Shown here: piece after piece, positions 19,812 to 24,084 of the stretch
How positions within the stretch are numbered: the stretch's first letter is position 1
Layout of the letters: each line of letters begins with the position of its first letter
The notes under the pieces: generated by a model
The model's input: only the letters and a program-made list of their open reading frames with translations
What the model was told of the DNA's origin: nothing
The model's database searches: none
From: Azolla caroliniana
Taxonomy: Eukaryota; Plantae; Polypodiophyta
DNA length: 24,084 nt
Assembly: GCA_043228905.1 (NCBI GenBank)
Contig: JBHGNT010000459.1
Location: 1-24,084 of the forward strand
Reading direction: 5' to 3'
Made by a program: the position numbers and the translations under genes

Positions 19812-22800
19812 ATGGGAAGCGCTCTTCCTACTGAAAAGCTCGACAGAAACAACTTTGCATCTTGGAGGTACAAGATGCAGCAATACCTTGTCGGCCAAGG
19901 CTATTGGAGTTATGTCAAAGGGGCAAATGAGAATCAACCCTACCCAACACATGCCGACTACCCAGCTTGGGAGCAAGTAGTGAGTCATGTGTTATATTGC
20001 CTTGCATCATGCGTCCATGATCACATGCTCGGCTACATCAGGGAGGCCAAAACACCGAAGGAGGCATGGGGGAACCTCAAGAACATTTTCGCGGCCAACA
20101 TGACCGCAAGAAAGGTTCAACTCCGTCAAGAGTTGAATGGTATACAATAGAGGGAAATGTCAATCGATAACTACACATTGAAGATCAAGGAGTTGTGCGA
20201 TGCCGTCGGGTCGATCAATGTTAGCATTAACGATGATGAAATGGTGCAGATTTGTCTCGGAGGCTTAGCACCTCGATTCAAAGCCATTCGGTAGGAAGCC
20301 CTCACGAGGGAGAATCCTCCCTCCTTTGTTCTCCAGTCGATGCTACTAGTCGAGGAGAATCATGTTCGAACAAGAAGCAATGTGCAAGAAGGACAAATGC
20401 TCTATTCGAACTTCAATGGAGGAAGAGGACAAGTTCGGGGAAGAAGAGGCCGATTCGGCCAAGGCCAACACAACCAACAACAACACCGAGAACATAACTT
20501 CTATTACTGACAAGACGTATCGAACGCGCGAGGTAGAGTGTCTGGAAGAAGGGGGAGCAATTAGGGTGAACCCAGCCGACAAAACAATCCCGCTTAGTGT
20601 GGATACTGTGGTAAATTCGGCCACTATGAGACAGAGTGTTGGAAAAAGAAGAGTGAGTCAGCCTCCACAAGCCAACAACTCACAAACTACGCCTCCAACT
20701 CCAACTACGACAATCGTGGCAGAATGTTTGTGTTGAGGCACAGAGAAAACTCGATGACAACCTCCAACCCGACCAACACCTCCAAACCAAAAGATGTATG
20801 GGTTGTCGACTCGGGTGCATCCAACCACATGAAATCCCACGAGGATTGGTTCAAGGAGCTACGAAAGCCCAAACGACCCGACTATGTGGACACTGGGGAT
20901 GACACAATTCACCCCATTCAACATGTCGACAATGTCCCATTTGGCGAAGAATGCAACCAAACCTACATCAAGAACATTCTGCATGTTCCTACAATAACAA
21001 AGAACTTGGTCTCCGTTGGCCAGATAGTTGAACAAGGCATGCAAGTTTGCTTCAACCATGGAGGATGCTTCATCAGAAAAGAAGGCCGACTCATTGCTCG
21101 CGGTCAGAGAGAGGGTGGGATGTTCATCCTTGACTCTCACGAGATGAACTCGGCAATGTATGCCAAGGGCTAGAGAGCTGGCACTGACATAGAGTTGTGG
21201 CACAAGAGGATAGGCGACATCAACCTCCAAAAGCTCAAGGGAATGCAATCGAAAGGAGTCGTCATCGGACTCCTGACCTTTACTTAAAAGGAGAGAGCAG
21301 GCGTATGCGAATCTTGTCAATTCAACAAACAACACCGACAACCATTCCCGAAGGAAAGGAACGTAAGAAAAGGGATCCTGGATGTAATACATTTAGATGT
21401 ATGGGGACCAGCCCAGATGACAACATTCGGTGGTTGCCGATACTACGTGGCATTCATCGACAACTTCTCTAGACATACCTGGATCTACCGTATGCGACAG
21501 AAGAGCGAAGTGTTCATACACTTCCAAAAGTTCAAAAACAAAGTCAAAAAGACAACTGGTCAACGAAAAAAAATTCTCAAACCACCCATGCACAACTGAT
21601 GGTGTAAGGAAGTTATTCAATAGAAGTGAAAAAGAAGATAAATGTAATTGACTAGCCAGTACATTCAAGTGGCAAATAGGTTCGCTTATATTGGCAAAGA
21701 ATACTTCTCTGACACCTTTACAACATACCTTCGACAAGAAAGCATCCGACGAGAGTTTACCTGCCGACACACACCTCAGCAGAACGGAGTAACCGAACAC
21801 AAGAATCAGCACATACTCGAGGTGGCAAGGGCAATGATGAACGAGAAACCTTTGCCAAAGTCATATTGGGCTGAAGCAGCGAATACGGCCACTTATCAGA
21901 TGAATCGCTGCACAACATCAGGAGTGCACGTTGTTACCCCTTGCGAAAAGTTCTATGAGAAGAAAGCAGATCTATCCCATGTCAGGATATTTGGTTCAAT
22001 TACATATGTACATATTCCCGACGAGAAGCGGCAGAAGCTCGATTCCAAGTTAGAGAAGTGTATACTCGTAGGGTACTCTCTTGAGAAAAAAGGGTATAAG
22101 TGCTTCAACGCCTCCACCAAGAAGGTACGAGTGAGTAGGTATGTAGTATTCGACGAGTTAACATCCTAGTATACAGTCGAATCGGTCCCATCCGACATAG
22201 TCGAAACAGAGTTCGACACAGATACGGAGGAGAATGATCGACCGAGTCCCACATAAGAGGAAAGTCCAATCTCAACTAGGTTGAGTGCACTTCAAGAGCC
22301 TCCAAGAGACCAAAGCACGTTGCGGCCGAATCCGAAACAGGACAAAGGAAAGGCCAAAATGCTTGAGTACGAAGACTTAGATAGAAATGAATCGGACCAC
22401 TCACCCGACATTGAGTATGGTAGACTAGATGTGCCCATCATGAGAACACCAAGAGAACCAGTCGATCCACTTGAGAGAAGAATGTAGTTAGCCGATTCGG
22501 CTACAATGACTACATGGCATATAATTATGCGTTCATGATGAAGGTGGCAACAGTTCGAGAACTAGAAACCTTTTCTGAAGCTGCGAAGGATCCTCAATGG
22601 GTCGAAGCGACAAATGAGGAGATGCAAGCACTCTCCAAGCACGAGACATGGGATCTCGTCCCTTCTTCACACCACCAAAAGGAATTTGGATGTTGGTGGA
22701 TCTTCAAAGTGAAGCACAATGTCGATGGTACTGTCAATCGGTACAAGGCTCGGCTTGTGGTGAAAGGCTACACACAGACACACGGTGTCGACTACGAAGA

Positions 22801-23725
22801 GACCTTTGCCCCGGTGGCAAAGATGACTACAATTCGAACCATGATCACGCTTGCAACAACAAAAGGGTGGCACCTCTACCAAATTGACGTAAAGGATGCC
22901 TTTCTACAAGGTGAGTTAGACGATGAGGTGTATATGATACAACCACATGGATTCGGGTCGACTACACATTCGACTACTGTCTGCCGACTCAAGAAGCCTC
23001 TCTATGGCCTCAAACATGCCACCTAGAGCTTGGCGCTTGAAGATAACCCAATATCTTCATCAAATCAGCTTCAACATGTCCAAGTCTGACAACTCTATGT
23101 TCATCTGGAGCGACTCTAGAGGACAGGTATTTATCATCATTTATGTGGATGACTTGGTCATAGGAGGAGAGCATTTAGCAGATATATAACACATCAAGAA
23201 GCTCCTCTCCATCCGATTCGAAATGAAAGACATGAAGGAGCTTCATTACTTTCTAGGAATAGAAGTAATTCGGACTCGACATCATGCTTTCTCAAAGGAA
23301 CTATATTCTCAATCTTCCTTACAAGTTTGGGATGACACAATGTAAGCCTGTCACTACTCCTCTCGATCGAAATCTAAAGCTAGATGTTGACTCAAGCACT
23401 AGAAAGTGTGAGCCGACACACTATGGTCAATTAGTCGGAAGGCTCATCTACCTCACAATTACCCGACCCGACTTGAGTTGCCTGGTCGGCCTCCTTAGCC
23501 AGTTCATGCAAACTCTGTGAGACATCCTTAGCCAGTTCATGCAACCGAAGCTGAGAGCGTGTTTTGGTCGAGGATGTTGACCTACAACACATCAACACAA
23601 ACCTGCAGATGACCGACATCTTCACCAAGGCCCTAGGAGTCGACAAGTTGCAGTAGTTCATGAAGAACCTGGGTCTTTTGACCATCAACGAACTGAGCCT
23701 GAGGGGGAGTAAGGAGCAGGAGTGA
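19812..23725 (+). pseudogene. Copia gag-pol, disrupted by stops, frameshifts and deletions
   Basis: gag EKLDRNNFASW.YKM; zinc knuckle CGYCGKFGHYETEC (about 20598-20639); protease WVVDSGASNHM; integrase DVWGP and TPQQNGVTE; RT RYKARLVVKG, QIDVKDAFLQGEL and YVDDL; RNase H tail DIFTKALG. Confidence 0.95.
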
Positions 23726-23818
23726 ACTGGTCATCCGAACCAACCGAAGCCGGAGTCGATTCATAGCCGACCCGAAGACCAATACGAACCAACCATCCGA
23801 TGACCGGAAATTGTGTTT

Positions 23819-23827
23819 GAAGGGGCG
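23819..23827 (+). promoter_or_regulatory. Polypurine tract
   Basis: GAAGGGGCG directly before the 3' LTR. Confidence 0.8.
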
Positions 23828-23971
23828 TGTTGAGAATCAAACTCAACTTCCCGGGTATGGGAACACACTTTTCTGTAATCATGAGCTCTCTCTCTCTCAC
23901 ACACGCGCGCGCACGTGCACACACACACACACAGTTCTTCCGTTGTACAGAATCATCAACGATTCTTTACA
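23828..23971 (+). repeat. 3' LTR (144 bp), internally deleted
   Basis: Matches both ends of the 5' LTR but lacks about 19311-19540. Confidence 0.95.
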
Positions 23972-24084
23972 TGTATTGTAGGTTTAATTGCTAGGATCCA
24001 AGCTACGTGGTCTTTGACGTGGCCTCGCCTACCATCAATGGCTATGCCACCTTTGTTGTTGAGATAGTGTCCTTGTGCCACTTT

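Larger units (their letters stand above)
19269..23971 (+). mobile_element. Ty1/Copia LTR retrotransposon, both LTRs present, inactive
   Basis: TG...CA LTRs, 5-bp TSD TGTAT (19264-19268, 23972-23976), PBS, PPT, and domain order gag-PR-INT-RT-RH. Confidence 0.97.

Noticed and set aside
20346-21812. Antisense ORFs over the Copia gag-pol
   Set aside because: Shadow frames of retroelement coding sequence.

Overview
AT-rich land-plant nuclear DNA; a non-seed plant such as a fern or bryophyte is my impression from the TE families, not a proven assignment. There is one intact host gene: a three-exon minus-strand EPFL4/5/6-type cysteine-rich secreted peptide gene (exons 8879-8705, 8620-8433, 6539-6300; 200 aa). 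It has a His-rich prodomain, an 8-codon uORF whose stop overlaps the start codon, and a (TATG)n-anchored repeat unit in inverted orientation on either side of exons 1-2. Most other recognisable sequence is decayed transposons, many with exact boundaries recoverable from target-site duplications (TSDs). These are: a Copia RT/LTR remnant (1-696); a 5'-truncated LINE (1195-5227) carrying two solo LTRs; a hAT-like element (14045-18209) hosting a 5'-inverted LINE copy, a nested hAT MITE and a second LINE copy; and a structurally complete but dead Copia element (19269-23971) with several repair-type scars. The stretch at about 9300-13300 could not be assigned. No rRNA, tRNA or CRISPR array was seen. 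I found no clear-cut new multi-gene system. The best leads are the EPFL regulatory architecture and the inverted 5' segment of the LINE at 14133-15592.
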